Source: Lama glama (taxonomy: Eukaryota). Taken from it: a DNA stretch of 64,000 nucleotides. The notes below the pieces were generated by a model that saw only the letters and a list, made by a program, of their open reading frames with translations, did not search any database and was not told the origin of the DNA. The translations under genes and the position numbers were made by a program. The DNA lies in the NCBI GenBank assembly GCA_028534125.1, contig CM052824.1, positions 25,048,001 through 25,112,000 on the forward strand. The letters run 5' to 3'. Numbering within the stretch: the stretch's first letter is position 1; the number at the start of each line of letters is the position of its first letter. Positions 22,986-35,842 of this stretch are shown piece after piece.

Positions 22986-23744
22986 CTTTAAACTGTCCCT
23001 GTGTCATAATGCCTTTTCACACGGATGCCCCCTGAGTCATCCATCTTAGTGTGTCTTAATAGCCCCAGGTTGGAAGTGGCAGGTGGGGCATAGTCGACAG
23101 GGATGGAAGTGGTAATAGCCTTTGTGGTTAAGTACCCAGGGTTGAACTTTGGTAAGGTTTAATCTGGGGCAGAGAGTTGGAGGGACAGCCAACAGCCGAG
23201 GCTAAAGGGACCCTTGGTGGGTGATGTACCAGGGGGCTCCACATGCCCATCAGTTTGTATTAATGCATTCCAGGACACTCGCCAGGTATGTTTAAACCTG
23301 TGATGGACGTGGAGAGCAGAGAGGGAAGTTTAAAAGGGTGACCTTGCTGTGAATCCTGACTAAAGTAGGAGCCATCTCTTGAAAAAGGACATCTGCAAAA
23401 TAATGATTTTTGGTATGCTTTTCTGGCCCTTCCACCCCTGGTTCCACACTGGCTACCCATCTCGTGTGCCCACCAGCCCTCATTTTATGAACACAGTGAA
23501 GGCAGCACTGATCTTTACTTGTTTTCTCCCAGAGGATCCATTGTGCTTCTCTGGAGGCAGCTTAATGCTGGGCTCCCCTTTTAATTTGGCTTCGTTCAGA
23601 GGGAACCAGTGGGCACTTGGCTGAGGGGGTAGAACTGCTTGTTTATCACCTCATGTTCTGTCCTTTCATCCTCAAGGTGTTCAGTGTGTCATGGCAGTTT
23701 TGATACTTCTGCATCCAACATTGGGTGCCTTGGTTACCCAGTGG

Positions 23745-23885
23745 TTGTTTCATTCATATGACAAACATCTGAGTGCCTACTATGTGTGAGGAACTGTGGT
23801 AGGTGCTGGGAGTACAGTGGGGAACCTCATAGATGGTAATAACTCTGCCTGTCCTCCTGGAGCTGACATTCTAGTGGGCGGTACA
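23745..23885 (-). mobile_element. L2 LINE 3' end
   Basis: TTCATTCATATGACAAACATCTGAGTGCCTACTATGTGTGAGG...GGTGCTGGGAGTACAGTGG...CCTCCTGGAGCTGACATTCTAGTGGG. Confidence 0.85.
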
Positions 23886-25267
23886 GAAATCTGTTGTAGA
23901 CTTTGGGCCTCAAGCTGATTTGGAAGATAGGATCATAGTAATTCTAATCTCTCCTTTGTGGCAGCTCTTTTTAATACACCCAACATTGTGCTGGGCATCT
24001 TATGTTTGCCATCATGCTCCATCCTCAAATGAGCGCTGTTAAGACAAGTATTATCAGCTGAGGCCTCTGAGAGCACATAGTTGGTGCTCAGTCAATCCTT
24101 GTTGCCTAACTGAGTGCCATACAGCTTGCAGGGAGTGGAGCTGGATTTCTAGTCCAGCACAGGTTCTCAACAAGACGCCAGGCTGCCTCTCCAGCACTGC
24201 ACCTGTCACTTGAGGCTGGCTTTATCTTGTGGACTTGGCTTTAAGTGTGAGTGTATGCCAGAGCCTGGAAAGATTGTGGTACAAGGTCTTGGTGTAGTCT
24301 GTAACCAACCAGAGCTATAGTACCCATCATTGCTGCCCCTGCTGCTGCTGAAGGATGCTTTGTTTCTGATGGTTTTAGAGAAGTAGAGGTGAGATTTAGA
24401 GGCCACTTTCTTCCCTGGTGACTGCTGTCAGTCCCCTGACCTCCCTGCTCAAGGCACATTCATGCCACCATCTGAGCTGTGCGTGTCATAGGGAGTGAGA
24501 CTGGGCTGCACCCACCCCGATTCCCCAGGACCCCAGGTGACTCTGCTTCTTAAGCTTGCACAGGCGTGGCAACGTATGGAACCGCGATCCCCATTCCTCT
24601 GCCTTGGCCATCTGATGTTTACTTGGCCCCCTCAAGTTCCAGGTATTGAAAATCCAAAACAAATAAAGCCCAGCCCCTGGACGGAAGCTGGTTGGCTTTC
24701 TCTTTGCAGAAGCTCAAAGTGCAACAGCTGTGTGGGTAGACTGGTCTCCGGGTGTTAACCTGCTTGGCAAGCTGTTGGAGTAAAAAGTTCCAGAGGGTGT
24801 CGGGCTGATCGGAGAGGGAGTGAGAAGCATGTGGCTGGCCATGGGGGGCAAGAGAGATGGGCTGCTTTCTTTGCCTCTTGTCTGTGCCCTTGACCTTCAG
24901 GCTCTGTTTTGAACTTTCTCCTTTCCTCTCCCCTTTCTGCCAACTCTCCTAATTTCTACTGTCCTTCCATCCTCTCCCCACATCTTCCGTATATTTGCTA
25001 ACACCGTGTGCCCTGCTCCTTGGCTGCTCTCAGTTGGTAGGCCAAGAGGCAGGGTCCACCACCCAGTAAAGGTCACCTTGTGTTGCCGTGACCCAGATGA
25101 GGAATGGGGACTCTGACCTGTCCCCAGTGATGTTGATGGATGGTCAGGGGTGGTTGCATGGATGTCAAGGTGGGTCACATAACCCTGAATTGGAAGCAGT
25201 GCAGAGGAGGAGGAGAGGGGTGGGTAAGGGTGTAGTTGGTGGTTGGCGGGTTGGAAATGATTCAGGA

Positions 25268-26164
25268 TGTATTCCTGGGCTGCAGTAACAGACTGTCACA
25301 AATGGAGTGGCTTTAAACAAGAAAAATTTATCCTCTCACAGTTCTGGAGGCCAGAATCAAGGTGTCAGCAGGGCCGTGTTCCCTCTGAAGGCTCTGGAGG
25401 AGAGTGTTTTCGTGCTTTTCTCTTACTTTCCGGCATTGCTGGCACTTCTTGGCTCGCATCTCTCCAGTCTCTGCCTCTGTCATCCCATGGCATTCTCTGT
25501 GTGTCTGTGTGCCTGTTTTCCTTGTTTCATAAGGACACCGGTCATTGGTTAACCTAATCCAGTATGACCTTACCCTGACTCAGTTACGTCTGCAAAGAAT
25601 CTACAGACTTAAAATGTAGTAGTAGATGATTCACCTTACAATTTTTTGACTTTACAATGACAGAAAGGTGATAGGAATTCATTAAAAATTGGACTTTAGG
25701 TTTTGAATTTTGATTTTTTCCTGGGCTAGTGATGTGTGGTAGACCTTCTGTTGTGATGCTGGGCAGGGCAGCTCCCAGTCAGCCGCGCGACCACGAGTTT
25801 GAACAAGATCACTGACCACTGTTCTGCTCCCAGACAGCCATTCTGATTTTCACTCTCAGTACAGTATTCAGTAAATTACACAAACTGTTCCACATTTCGG
25901 TATAAAATATGCTTTGTGTGTGTTGATTTTTGCGCAGCTGCACGTTCATGTCAGTGTTTTCTGAGCGTGTTTAAAGCAGGCGAGGCTAAGCTCTGTTGTT
26001 CAGTAGATTTGATGCATTAAATTCATTTTCAGCTTAACGATATTTCTATAACCCCATCATAAGTTGAAGAAGATCTATATTTCCAAATAAGGTCACATTC
26101 ACAGGTACTGGGGTTAGGACTTGAAACATACCTTTTACAGGGGCACAATTCAACCTGCAATACA
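25268..26164 (-). mobile_element. MaLR MLT1 (MLT1B/C/D-like) solo LTR split by a DNA transposon
   Basis: TG...CA termini; GGCTGCAGTAACA...TTTATCCTCTCACAGTTCTGGAGGCCAG...AAGGTGTCAGCAGGGCC...TCTGCAAAG[insert]TATTTCCAAATAAGGTCACATTCACAGGTACTGGGGTTAGGACTTG...CACAATTCAACC. Confidence 0.88.
25604..26077 (-). mobile_element. MER47/Tigger5-family TcMar DNA transposon with TA target duplication
   Basis: TA at 25602-25603 and 26078-26079; CAGAC...TTACAATTTTTTGACTTTACAATG at one end and AACCCCATCATAAGTTGAAGAAGATCT at the other; internal CAGTACAGTATTCAGTAAATTAC and AGGCGAGGCTAAGCT motifs. Confidence 0.85.
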
Positions 26165-27469
26165 GGGTGACAGTGCCGGCCCTGAATCCAGAGGGTGTGT
26201 TCAGATTCCAATTTTAAGGGACCTTAAAGATCCTAATTGACTCTGTAATTTCAGCCAGTCCAGTAAATTTATGTCAGGAATCCAGCGTGTGCCAGGTTCC
26301 GGCTTGGCCCTGTGCAAAGGTCAGACGCCACCAGGCCTTTATGATGAGAAACTACTTCTGGGGAAATCAGGGTTTTAAAAGAAAGCTGGAAGGAAATGTC
26401 CATACGAGTGCTTCGTGGATGACCTTAGAAGCACCGACAGGCGTTTCCTTCCGGCCTGATTAATTTTAAGGGCAACCTGATCAAGCCAGGACCCACTCTC
26501 CCTGCCCTCTGGCAGAAGGGGATGATGGGGAGGGTAGCCGGGATTTGGAGGCTCTTTGAGTGCCTCCGGTTCCTCCCTGCCAGCGAGGGTGGGACTTAGA
26601 AGTTCTTTGAAGTGTGCTTCTCAGCGTCTGTTCCAGGCAGTCTTGGTAGCTGGGAATGGTTTTATTGGAAGGACAAATACTGGGTGGGGTCAATAAGGAA
26701 GTTTTTTATGGGGGCTCCTGTGTTTCTGCTGTGGATACACATGGGTCTGCCTCTGACTGCTCAGCCAGTGCCTTGTCTTCCCTCGCAGAAGTTTCTCATA
26801 CAAGCAGAAAGACCGACACTGGGTCTGAGAATTCTTCTCCTGATTTTATAGTCTCCCTGGTCTTAGAAGGATTCCCACACAAGCGACAGGAGGGGAGCAG
26901 AAGGCATTCGTAGCTATTGTGTTGGTGAAAACCAATGTAATGTAAATAGGAAGTCTGGATTATATGTATCCTCGAGACGCTGGGACTGAAAAACCACACT
27001 CACCAAAGGAAATGTACCGCAGTGCAAGGTTCTGCAGAGAGCTGTCTGCCATGGTGGGGACACTTGTCCTGTTCCCTCCCTTCCTCATCCCGGGTGCCCC
27101 CCCCTTCAAAGGAGAAAACAATTAGGCATTTTCCCCAGTTCTTCTGCCTCTTTACAAGACCTTCACTGCTCAGAACATGTGGGGCCAACTAGTAGTCCAC
27201 TGCCCCTTCTATGTGTTGTCACAAGGAGGTGGAGCTCTTTGTGTGTCCCTGAATGACCACACCACAGAAGACCCAAGGAAGTATCTGGAATGTGCTTTAG
27301 TCACCCCATCTTCACCCCTAGAATGATATCTTTCCTGGGGTGGGGCATGGCTCTCCCATTCCCAGAGGGTGCCTTCAAGAACCTGCTTTGGGCAGAAGCT
27401 TAAGTATTTCCTATGCCAAGCTTGATCGTTTGCTTTACCTAGGTAACTTTTTAAGTAGTTTCACGTCTT

Positions 27470-27610
27470 ATTTCCAGAAAAGTCCATGGATATATGTTCA
27501 TTGTGAAGCAAATTCAATAATAAAAATGAAATTCTGGCACTTCTGCTATCCAAAGATTAATGTTGTTAATGTGCTGGTATGGCTTATTTCCTAAACATGT
27601 CTCTGCTCTC
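27470..27610 (-). mobile_element. Old L1ME/L1MC 3' UTR fragment
   Basis: ATATGTTCATTGTGAAGCAAATTCAA...CCAAAGATTAATGTTGTTAATGTGCTGGTATG. Confidence 0.55.
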
Positions 27611-28349
27611 AGGAGGTCAAGTCCTGGGGGGTAATATCTGCCCCCTTGGCTGAATGAGCCCAGCACCTGACCAGAGGTACCTCTTGGCCACTGTGTCCCT
27701 CCTCTATGTGCTTCCTCAGCTGCCAGGTGTCCGGTGTCCTGCCACCATATTCCTTCTTCCCCCTCTGATCTTCTTGGAGCCTTTGGAAGCCCAGATAACC
27801 TTCCTCTGTTTGCCGAGTTGCATGTCCTTTCTGAGGTTCTAGAACCTGAGTAGCATATGGCTTTCCTTCCAGGAGTCTTGTCCACACACCTCACTGCCTG
27901 TGGCCCTTTCAACTCTACTCTCCAGTTGGGAGCTCTTGTAGTGAGGTTGCCAAGAACCAATTTCTTTCCCTTGGGGAGAGGGGAATGGAATGGAATCTTT
28001 GCTCCAAATCCTGGATCTGGGACTGCTCTGCCAGGGGATCTCATGTGTGTCACGTACACAAGCTTGTGTGGAGCTCTGGTTTTAACCTTTATGGGCCCGT
28101 GGAGCCCTGTGAGACTGATAAAATCTGGTGTCCCACTCCAAACACTACACATTCATATGGACAGTGAAGTGTGCACAATAAGTCCAGGGGTTTGCAGACC
28201 CTTTGAAGCCCGTCCCTGAGGCCCTTCAGAGACAGGCACGCCCCATATTGTGGGCCAACATGGCCTCTTTGTGTCCATTTTGCCTTCTCTAGGATAGTTA
28301 CCTGACTGTCAACGCCGCTGTGATGATGACCATGGTTGTTTTGGCTGCT

Positions 28350-28505
28350 CAGTTGTTCCCCTAGTCCTCACCATGACCCAGTGAGGGAAGTACTACCAGC
28401 CCCATTTCAGAGATGAGAAAACTGAGGCTCAGAGAGGTGAAGTAAAGTGCCCAGAGCTGTATAGTGACAGTCAGGGTTGGAACCCAGGCTATGTGGCTTT
28501 AGAAC
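28350..28505 (-). mobile_element. MIR SINE
   Basis: CCCCATTTCAGAGATGAGAAAACTGAGGCTCAGAGAGGTGAAGTAA...GGGTTGGAACCCAGG. Confidence 0.9.
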
Positions 28506-29074
28506 AAGTGCCAAACACTTGATTTGCATTGAGGAATGTAGTAGGTTCTCAATAAATGGTAATAACAGTATTAAAAGCAGCAGAGGGTTAGGGCACAGCC
28601 AGCCTATTGGTTGGGGGGCTTCCCCTCCCCCACAGGCCTCCACCTGTTCTAAGGATCCTCCTGGTGCAGGATCCAGGCTCCAGGGTTTGCGGGCGGGCGG
28701 AGGCGAGCATGGATCCGCCAGTCCTGGGAAATGTGTAAAATCCTGTTCCTGAAAACCGGCCGGGTTCTCAGAGTGTCCCGGCTGGCATGTTTTGCTAGTC
28801 ACGAAACATGATCCATACGCTGTATTTTAGGACTCCCCATCTGTCGGCATCGGGGAGGGTTTTCACTTGAGGGAGATCAGAGCTTGGCAGCTTCCCCCGG
28901 AGTGGGGGAGGTGGGCATGAGGACCTGTGACAGCAGGTGGATCTGTTCCCCCATGGAGGGTGCCGTCCACTGGCTTGGGGGCTAGGAGCCTGAGAGATGG
29001 ATAGGGGTCCTCGGGCATATTGGTCAGCAGCACCCCGTATCCCTTTTCCCATTACTTCAATCCTTTTTTAGACA

Positions 29075-29200
29075 GATCCCCACTTTTTCATTAAGCAGAC
29101 TGAGGTACAGGGAGGTTAAGTCTCTTGTCCAAGATTTTAAGGCTGCTGAGAGGCTAAACTTGAACTTAATAAGTCTTTAGACTCTGCCCAGTGCTCTCTC
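29075..29200 (-). mobile_element. MIR SINE fragment
   Basis: CAGACTGAGGTACAGGGAGGTTAAGTCTCTTGTCCAAGAT. Confidence 0.7.
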
Positions 29201-29789
29201 TCACCCGAGTCTGTCCTCCTGTTTCCCGGCTTCTACGACTGTCGGTGGTGCAGGGCAGCGTGTGGGAGATGTTGCCTGGGACGGGAAAGCAGTGTGGAGA
29301 GGGAGGGAATAAGCCTTGCTCTTGGGCCCACTTTGCAGGGAGCCCTCCGGGCCTTGCCCCACTGCCCACTCCTCTGGCCTGCTGGTGGTGGAGGAAGAAC
29401 GCTAAGAGGGCTATCGATCCACCTGTCTCCTCTGAGGAAGGGCCGCAGCACAGTCAAGCTTTCTTTTTAAAAATGCATTAACCTGACCGTAAGCAGGCTC
29501 CAGTTTAAAAATAAATAAAAATAAGACAAGAAGCAAAACAAGTGGGAGTTGGGGGCAGGGATGGAGCAAATCCTTAAAAAAATAAAAAAGATGTTTGAGG
29601 AGGGTCCCTCTCCATGTTCATGCCTGTTCCAGGCCAGGATGCCATGCCTGGATTCTGGAGCTCAAGGCTGCCTGGCTTTGCTGTGCCCTGGGCCATGGTT
29701 ATCTGTTCTGTTGCAGTCTGCAGAAAAACTTTGCCCAAGTCCCGAGGTTCCAGAAAACCTCTCTGGGTGCGGGGGTGGGCTGGAGAGGC

Positions 29790-30240
29790 CTCACATGGAG
29801 TGTGGTGGCATTCCATGTTTGAAAGCCTCCCTTGCCAGCCCCGACTTGAGCAGTTTTGTCTCCATTTTTGCCCTTGAGCCACATTGGCCTTCCCTTGGCC
29901 TTCTCCTTGCACATGCTGTTCCCTCTTCCTGGAAGGGGTGTCCATCTCTTCCCTTTCTCTGTGGTCTCCAGGTTAGCACCTGCTTATCTTTGAGATCTCA
30001 GCCTAAATGGCACTTCCTGATCCTTGTGGGTCAGGCTACCTGTTACATACCCCCAAGTCTCCCAGTAGTTCTCTTTTGCAGCTCTTAGCACAAGCATAAT
30101 AAAAGAATTAACTTATATTTTACAGCATTTAGTAATTAAGTTTGGGAAAGGCAGGGACTGGTCTGTCTTGTTTGCTAAATATTCACTGCCCAGCTTGGCA
30201 TGATGCAGGGGTCGTAAATGCTTGTAGAATGGGTGGATGG
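29790..30240 (+). mobile_element. L2 LINE 3' region
   Basis: CCTTGCACATGCTGTTCCCTCTTCCTGGAA...TCTCAGCCTAAATGGCAC...GGCAGGGACTGGTCTGTCTTGTT...AAATGCTTGTAGAATG. Confidence 0.75.
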
Positions 30241-31811
30241 CGGGTCAGGGTCTATTCTGTTTGGCTCATGGACACAGTTTGGGTGAGGGTGGAGGGAATA
30301 AACATTGTAATCAAAGTTCACTATGATTTTCTAGTGTTTCTGGATGCATGGGCCTACTTTGAGGTCAGGATATGGTTTCAGAGTGGAGCCCCCAACCCGT
30401 GAAAGGAGGACACTTCTGCCAACAGTCCAGTAGGTTAGGGTGCAGCATCCCAGAGCCGGCATGTCTCAAAGGTTGTTCCCTTGGTGGGTGAGGAGACATG
30501 GAGCCAGAGAACTTGGCCAGGATCACACAGCAGAGCCTGTGGGCGCCAGTTTAATTGTTGAAAGGTGAAAAATCAAGTGCCAGGTACCTACTGGGCAGGC
30601 ACTGTTTCATTGCCCCATGTGGTGGCTCAGTGTGGTGGCTCAGTGTGCTGGTGCCAGTTTGTGGGGGAGGCAATAGAGGCTGGGTGAACTTTGGCTGCTT
30701 GCTTTAGGACACAGCAGAGGTGGCACCAGAACTCAAATCTTTCTGATTCCATAGCCTGGTGCCTCCCGGTGAGGGGGGGCATTGGTGACAGACTTGGTTC
30801 TTGGATTAACTCTGATGGGGACCTCCAGCCTCCTACTAGCTGGGGACATGTAACCACTTGTAGGAGCCTCCATTGCTTCAAGCCATGTGGGCTCGGGGGG
30901 CTGGTGGTTCCTGGAGACCCCCTTTTCCTCCTGCACCTGGTTCACTTCCTTTTCCCATGTCCTCCCTCTCCCCACCTCTGAGGGAGCCTCAGAAAATCCT
31001 CTTTCCCCTTTTCCATCACCATTTCCCTGGGAAGCCACTGGGGATCCTGGGAAGGTACTGAGGGTGATGAAGCAGAATTTGCACTATTCCGGGAGTAATT
31101 TTCCATCATTTGTGGCTAAAAATAAAATGTGTCCTTGCTCCTTACTGCCTGTAGGCTTGCTTTTGGGATTTTAGTGGGGACCACTTTTCCCTTTGTCCCC
31201 CCTCTTCCACTCCCCGCTGCCCCTTGGCAGGTGGGCTTGGGGATTCCCACAGTTTGGGGCCATGGGTGGGCCTGATGCCACTCATCCTCCCCTCCTTCCC
31301 CAGCAGAGCCCTGGGGCCTCTCCAAGGAGGTGCTCTGCAGCAAGCAGCTGCATGGTCTGGCTGACGCTCTCGCAGGCTCGGGGACGCCTAGGGAGGCCGA
31401 CTCCCTTTGCAAATATTACTGGAGCCACCTTTAGAGGACTTTCTTTGTGCAACCTGCTTCTTTTTGATATCTGGAATGCACAGTGGCAAGAGAGATAAAT
31501 TAATTTGTTCAATTAATTTTGTAAATATTGACCGATCAGAAAAGTTTTATGCCAGTCACATGTCAGGGACCCAAGGGCTTTCCATCAGGCAACATGACAC
31601 AGCCTCTTCCTTGAAGGCACTTATCCTCAGGGTGGAGGAGAAAGATGTGAGTGTTCAAACAGAACTAGAGCAGGAGCGTCACAGGGTCCTGCTCCCACAC
31701 CACCTTTCTTTCTAGAATTCACTTACAATGTCTACCGAAATGCGGAGCTGAAAGCAAACCGTGCATTGTGCCTTTTCCTTTTTTTAAGGCCCTGCAATTC
31801 CCTTCTCCCCC

Positions 31812-32060
31812 AGTAAATATGTTTTGAGTGCTTACTCTGTGCTAAGGTTGGGCACCTTGCTACAACTTTACTTGTATTTATTTCACTGGACTCAGTGTGC
31901 CTCTGTAAATTAATTACTACTTTCATTCTTATTACCCAGTTGAAACTAAGGCTCAGAAAGGTTAATTAACTTGCCTAAGATCCCACAGCTAAAATGTTGC
32001 AGAGCATAGATTCAGGTGTAAGCAGATTAATTCCAGAGCTCACTCTGCTAACCACTAGCT
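31812..32060 (-). mobile_element. MIR SINE, near full length
   Basis: TTGAGTGCTTACTCTGTGC...GAAACTAAGGCTCAGAAAGGTTAATTAACTTGCCTAAGATCCCACAGCT...CCAGAGCTCACTCTGCTAACCACT. Confidence 0.85.
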
Positions 32061-32859
32061 GTATGGACACATCCACACTGAGAATGTGTGTCTGTAAGCA
32101 TCCCCTGTCTGCCCAGCATGAATTACCTTAAATAGATGCTTTCTCTTTAAAAATCTTCACTATACTTTCCATTTACTCTTTAATATTCCTGGTAACCCTA
32201 TAATCTAGAACCTCTGGGTAAGAGAAGAGCCCTGAGAGTATTCTGCAAACTGTGAAGTGCCCCATGAAATGAAGGGCATGGGAGAAGAGGTGTGTGCGTA
32301 GAACCCTGACTTGTAACACAGATCTCATGCATCATACTTGGGGATTTCTTGCACGGTTGTCACTGTCTGGTTTCAGGTACCTGTGAAAAATTATGGTAAT
32401 TAAACTGTAATTTGGAATCCCCTGTTGGCTTCCAGCAGCTGGTCCAGATGTAGGAGGCTGGGGCTGTCCATGCTGGAACAAGCTGAGGCTTGTTAGGGGT
32501 GTCACTTTGTTCTGCCCTTTGTGTTCCTGGGGAGAAGGGTGGGGGCACAAGATACAAGAGCTATTTTTACATCGTTCACGTCACGTTCAGCATTACTGGA
32601 TGTTTGTGGTTGGGTCCCTGTTTAGCCTCAGCTGGGAAGTGAGAACTCCCTTCGCTGCCTGGGTCTGTATGGAAACTCGAGCTCATACCTCTTGGGTATA
32701 CGCAATTCTCTAAAGGCAGAGGGTCCCAGTGACAGTGCCGTCACTCCAAGTAGTTTGGAGTTGTTTTCTTTGGGCTTCGATTTTCCAGGGCTCTTCAGAC
32801 TCCTTCCTGGGGGCAGGGGGGCCGGGCCGCACAGGTGAGAGGCCATGTGCTAATCCACT

Positions 32860-33200
32860 CCCTTATTTAGTCAACAGATGGTTTTCCAATTTGCGATACG
32901 TGCTAGATCTTTTTCTAGGTACTTGCAAAGTGAAGTTGAGTAAAGTCTTACCCCTCAAGGGTTCTATAGTTTAGTTGGAAAATGGAAAATAAACATTCAC
33001 TTTAGCATATGCAAGCCAAGCGTATTTGCCAGGCTCTGTTGGAGAGAACTGGGGTCCAGTGCTATCATAGTTGGTGGCACAGGGGCTGTGGGAACACAGA
33101 AGAGATCGCTTGGGTCACATACGTGGCCAGAGGCGGCTTCCTGGAGGAGGCAATGAGTTGTGGAAGTTGATCTATTGAATTGGAGGACGAGAGGTTGCAG
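32860..33200 (-). mobile_element. L2 LINE fragments
   Basis: CCCCTCAAGGGTTCTATAGTTTAGTTGG and GGCTGTGGGAACACAGAAG...GGCTTCCTGGAGGAGG. Confidence 0.6.
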
Positions 33201-33241
33201 GTGTGTGCTCTGGATTTATCTGCCGTTGAGCTTTATCTGTA

Positions 33242-33437
33242 CAGTTGTCCCTCGATGTCTGCGGGGGATTGGCTCTAGGACTGACCCCCTGTGGATACCA
33301 AAACCCTTGGATGCTCAAGTCGCTTGTATAGAATGGCCTTGAACAGTTGTCCCGCCATATCTGTGGGTCCCATATCTGCAGATTCAATCAACCGCGGATT
33401 GTGCAGATGAAGAACACGTGGGCATGGAGGCCCAGTG
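33242..33437 (+). mobile_element. MER2/MER2B-like TcMar-Tigger MITE
   Basis: TA|CAGTTGTCCCTCGATGTCTGCGGGGGATTGG...GGATACCAAAA...GGATGCTCAAGTC, an internal second CAGTTGTCCC, and end GGAGGCCCAGTG. Confidence 0.82.
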
Positions 33438-34854
33438 TGACACACGTGACATCATGGGTGGTTATGGTTGTTACATTGTATTCAGTTGAGGTCCTGGAAT
33501 TATTTTTATACCTAAAGGATTCACTGTCTTTGAAAAGTCTGAGGAAAAAACACTGTATTTCAACTAAGCCTTTGTTACTTCAGAGATCAGAGTTCAGCCT
33601 CGGCCACACAAGGTCTGCCCTTGAAGTCGGCCTCCTCTGACCTCTTGGCACTTCCTACCCCTCTTCCTCTTAAAAGGGCAGACTAGAGTGGGTTATTGCA
33701 CATTAGGGGTTAAGACAGCCAGGTCCCTAAACCCTGGGGCCTTGAGCATGTGTGCTGGGGACAGGCATGGGGTCCTACCTGCATATCCTGCTGACTGAGG
33801 TGTGTGGCCCTGGGGAAGGAGGGCTGCTTTCCCAATGGTAAGCCCCACTGTGGGGTCTGTTGCAAAGTGGAAGTACAAAGCAGCGCACCTGAGGCTGCTT
33901 CAGAGAAGGGCTCTTGTCTGGAGTTTGCAGAATACGTCCTGATTCAGTGCTCTTTCCACTTCCTCTCTTTGTATGCATTCATCTATCCAGCATAGGTTCT
34001 GCTGACAGAACCTCCCAAGAAGCACCTCTCCTCTGCCACACCCAGGGTGGGGTGTTGAGGAAGGCAATGAATTAGGTACAGCCGTACCCTGGGGGTAGTT
34101 GACAGTTTTGGGTGGTCCCCGCACAGGTGGCCACGGGGCCTGACCTAACTTGTGCCTTCTGGGACCCTCTGCAAATAGCTGGAATGTCTGGAGTATCCCC
34201 ACCACCCTTGTGAGCCACATGCTGACACTGCAGCCCGCCAGGCCCTGTCCTTGGCGCGGGATTATTTGCAGTTAGTATTCCAAATGTCAAGTTCCCCTTG
34301 ACTTGAGCTGAGCAGACGAAACAAAATGGCAGGCAGATTAGAAGGGGTTTGAGAAGCCTTTTAGGATTTGAAAACCTTACTCTGTTGACTTTGAAAAGCT
34401 GCTGAACCAGGCCACTCTTGGAGGGGGGCATTGCTAGGTGCCCACTGGCTTCCTGGGCCAGTGCTGCTCTCTCCTTCCCAACTCCAGGTACGTGAGAGCT
34501 GGGGGAGCCCACTGGGCTTGTGCAGGAATCGAATCCAGTCTTTTCTCATTAGTGTTGTGAGAGCAGAGGGGAGGAGGGCGGGAGGTGAGGAGCTGGGGCC
34601 TCAGGTTTCAGGAGGGTTTGTGTGTCCCCCAAGGTGGGGCACGTCAATCAGTACCTGTTTAATCTAGACTTGTGTTTGCCTTGCCTGCTGCAAAGACTGG
34701 TAGGTAAAAGGGAAGTAGATGGCTGATCGTATTATAGTCCCTCTGAATGGATGGTGAGAGGTTAAGAGTTAGTGCTTGCCAAAGGTGCAGAAGTACCTGG
34801 CTAGAGCCTGGACTGTCTTTGCTAGAGGAACTTTAGCGATGGCCCCAATCATTC

Positions 34855-34975
34855 CTGTTCATTTCTGTGGATGCGGTAGCTGAAGCTCAGAGACGTTAAG
34901 TAGTTGGTGCAAAGCTGCACAGGAAGTGGTAAAGCTGGAATTTGAGTAGTCTCTCTGGCTCCAGTGCCCGTGCTT
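34855..34975 (-). mobile_element. MIR SINE fragment
   Basis: CTGAAGCTCAGAGACGTTAAGTAGTTGGTGCAAAGCTGCACAG...GCTGGAATTTGA. Confidence 0.7.
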
Positions 34976-35842
34976 GTCCCATGACATCACATTGGCTCCT
35001 GTTTGGAGTCCTCCCTTCTTGTGAAACTCATTTCTTCTGCCCCTCCCCCAACGGCTTCCTTTTCCTGCCTGCATTCCCCAGGAATCCCTCTCTGGGTGCT
35101 GCCTCCTCCCGCCTGGGAGAAGTAGTAAGAGCTGAAAGTCTGAGCAAGAACCCAGCCCCTAGCTGCTTCTTTGCCACCTTCTGGGGGCAGAGTGCTCCTC
35201 TTACCAGACCTTGCGTGCATACCTGTCTCCTGGGGACAGGCCCAGATGAGGCTCACGCCTTATCTGCTGGCCACTCAGAGTCCCAGGAAAGGTTTGTTGA
35301 ATGATGTGTCTGGGATCAGAGGAGACAGATTTTAAGTGGCTCTAGTCTGGAAGGTGGTTTTTGCTTTTTCTCTCCTTTTTCTTTGCACACTTATGTGCAA
35401 GTGCCTTTTATTTCCAGGAAATGTAGCATTCTCAGTCCCCATCCTGGAAATACTGTCGGAATATAATAAATCTGATTGTGTTGAAGAAATGAAACACATC
35501 ACTGTGTGGGGAGGAATGCAGGCTAGGCCTTGCGGGGGGCCGTATTTATGACAACAGTTTGCATGTGGCTTTATTTTGAAAGTGTGGTACCCCTCCCCGC
35601 CCCCCGAGGCCCTCTTGATAGGACTCTGGTAGTAAGAGCAGTCCCTTGTATTTGGGTGTCACAAATGGTGGGCAGAGCTCGCCGAGGCTCTCCCAGCTGT
35701 GGCCGTCACCTTCTTAGTTCTGAGAGTGGCTTCTCTGGACCTTGTCATTTCTCAAGGTTTGCAGCTCTTCTGGGGATAGCGCCTTTGCACTGGTTGAGTC
35801 GGAGCTGATTAGCAAATCCTCCCCCTCCCATTCCAGGTTGGA

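Noticed and set aside
27514-28152. 212-aa minus-strand ORF
   Set aside because: No protein-family signature; its end runs into an L1 relic.
31495-31640. AATTAATT repeats resembling homeodomain sites
   Set aside because: They coincide with the decayed 3' end of an antisense L2, which explains the A/T-rich pattern.
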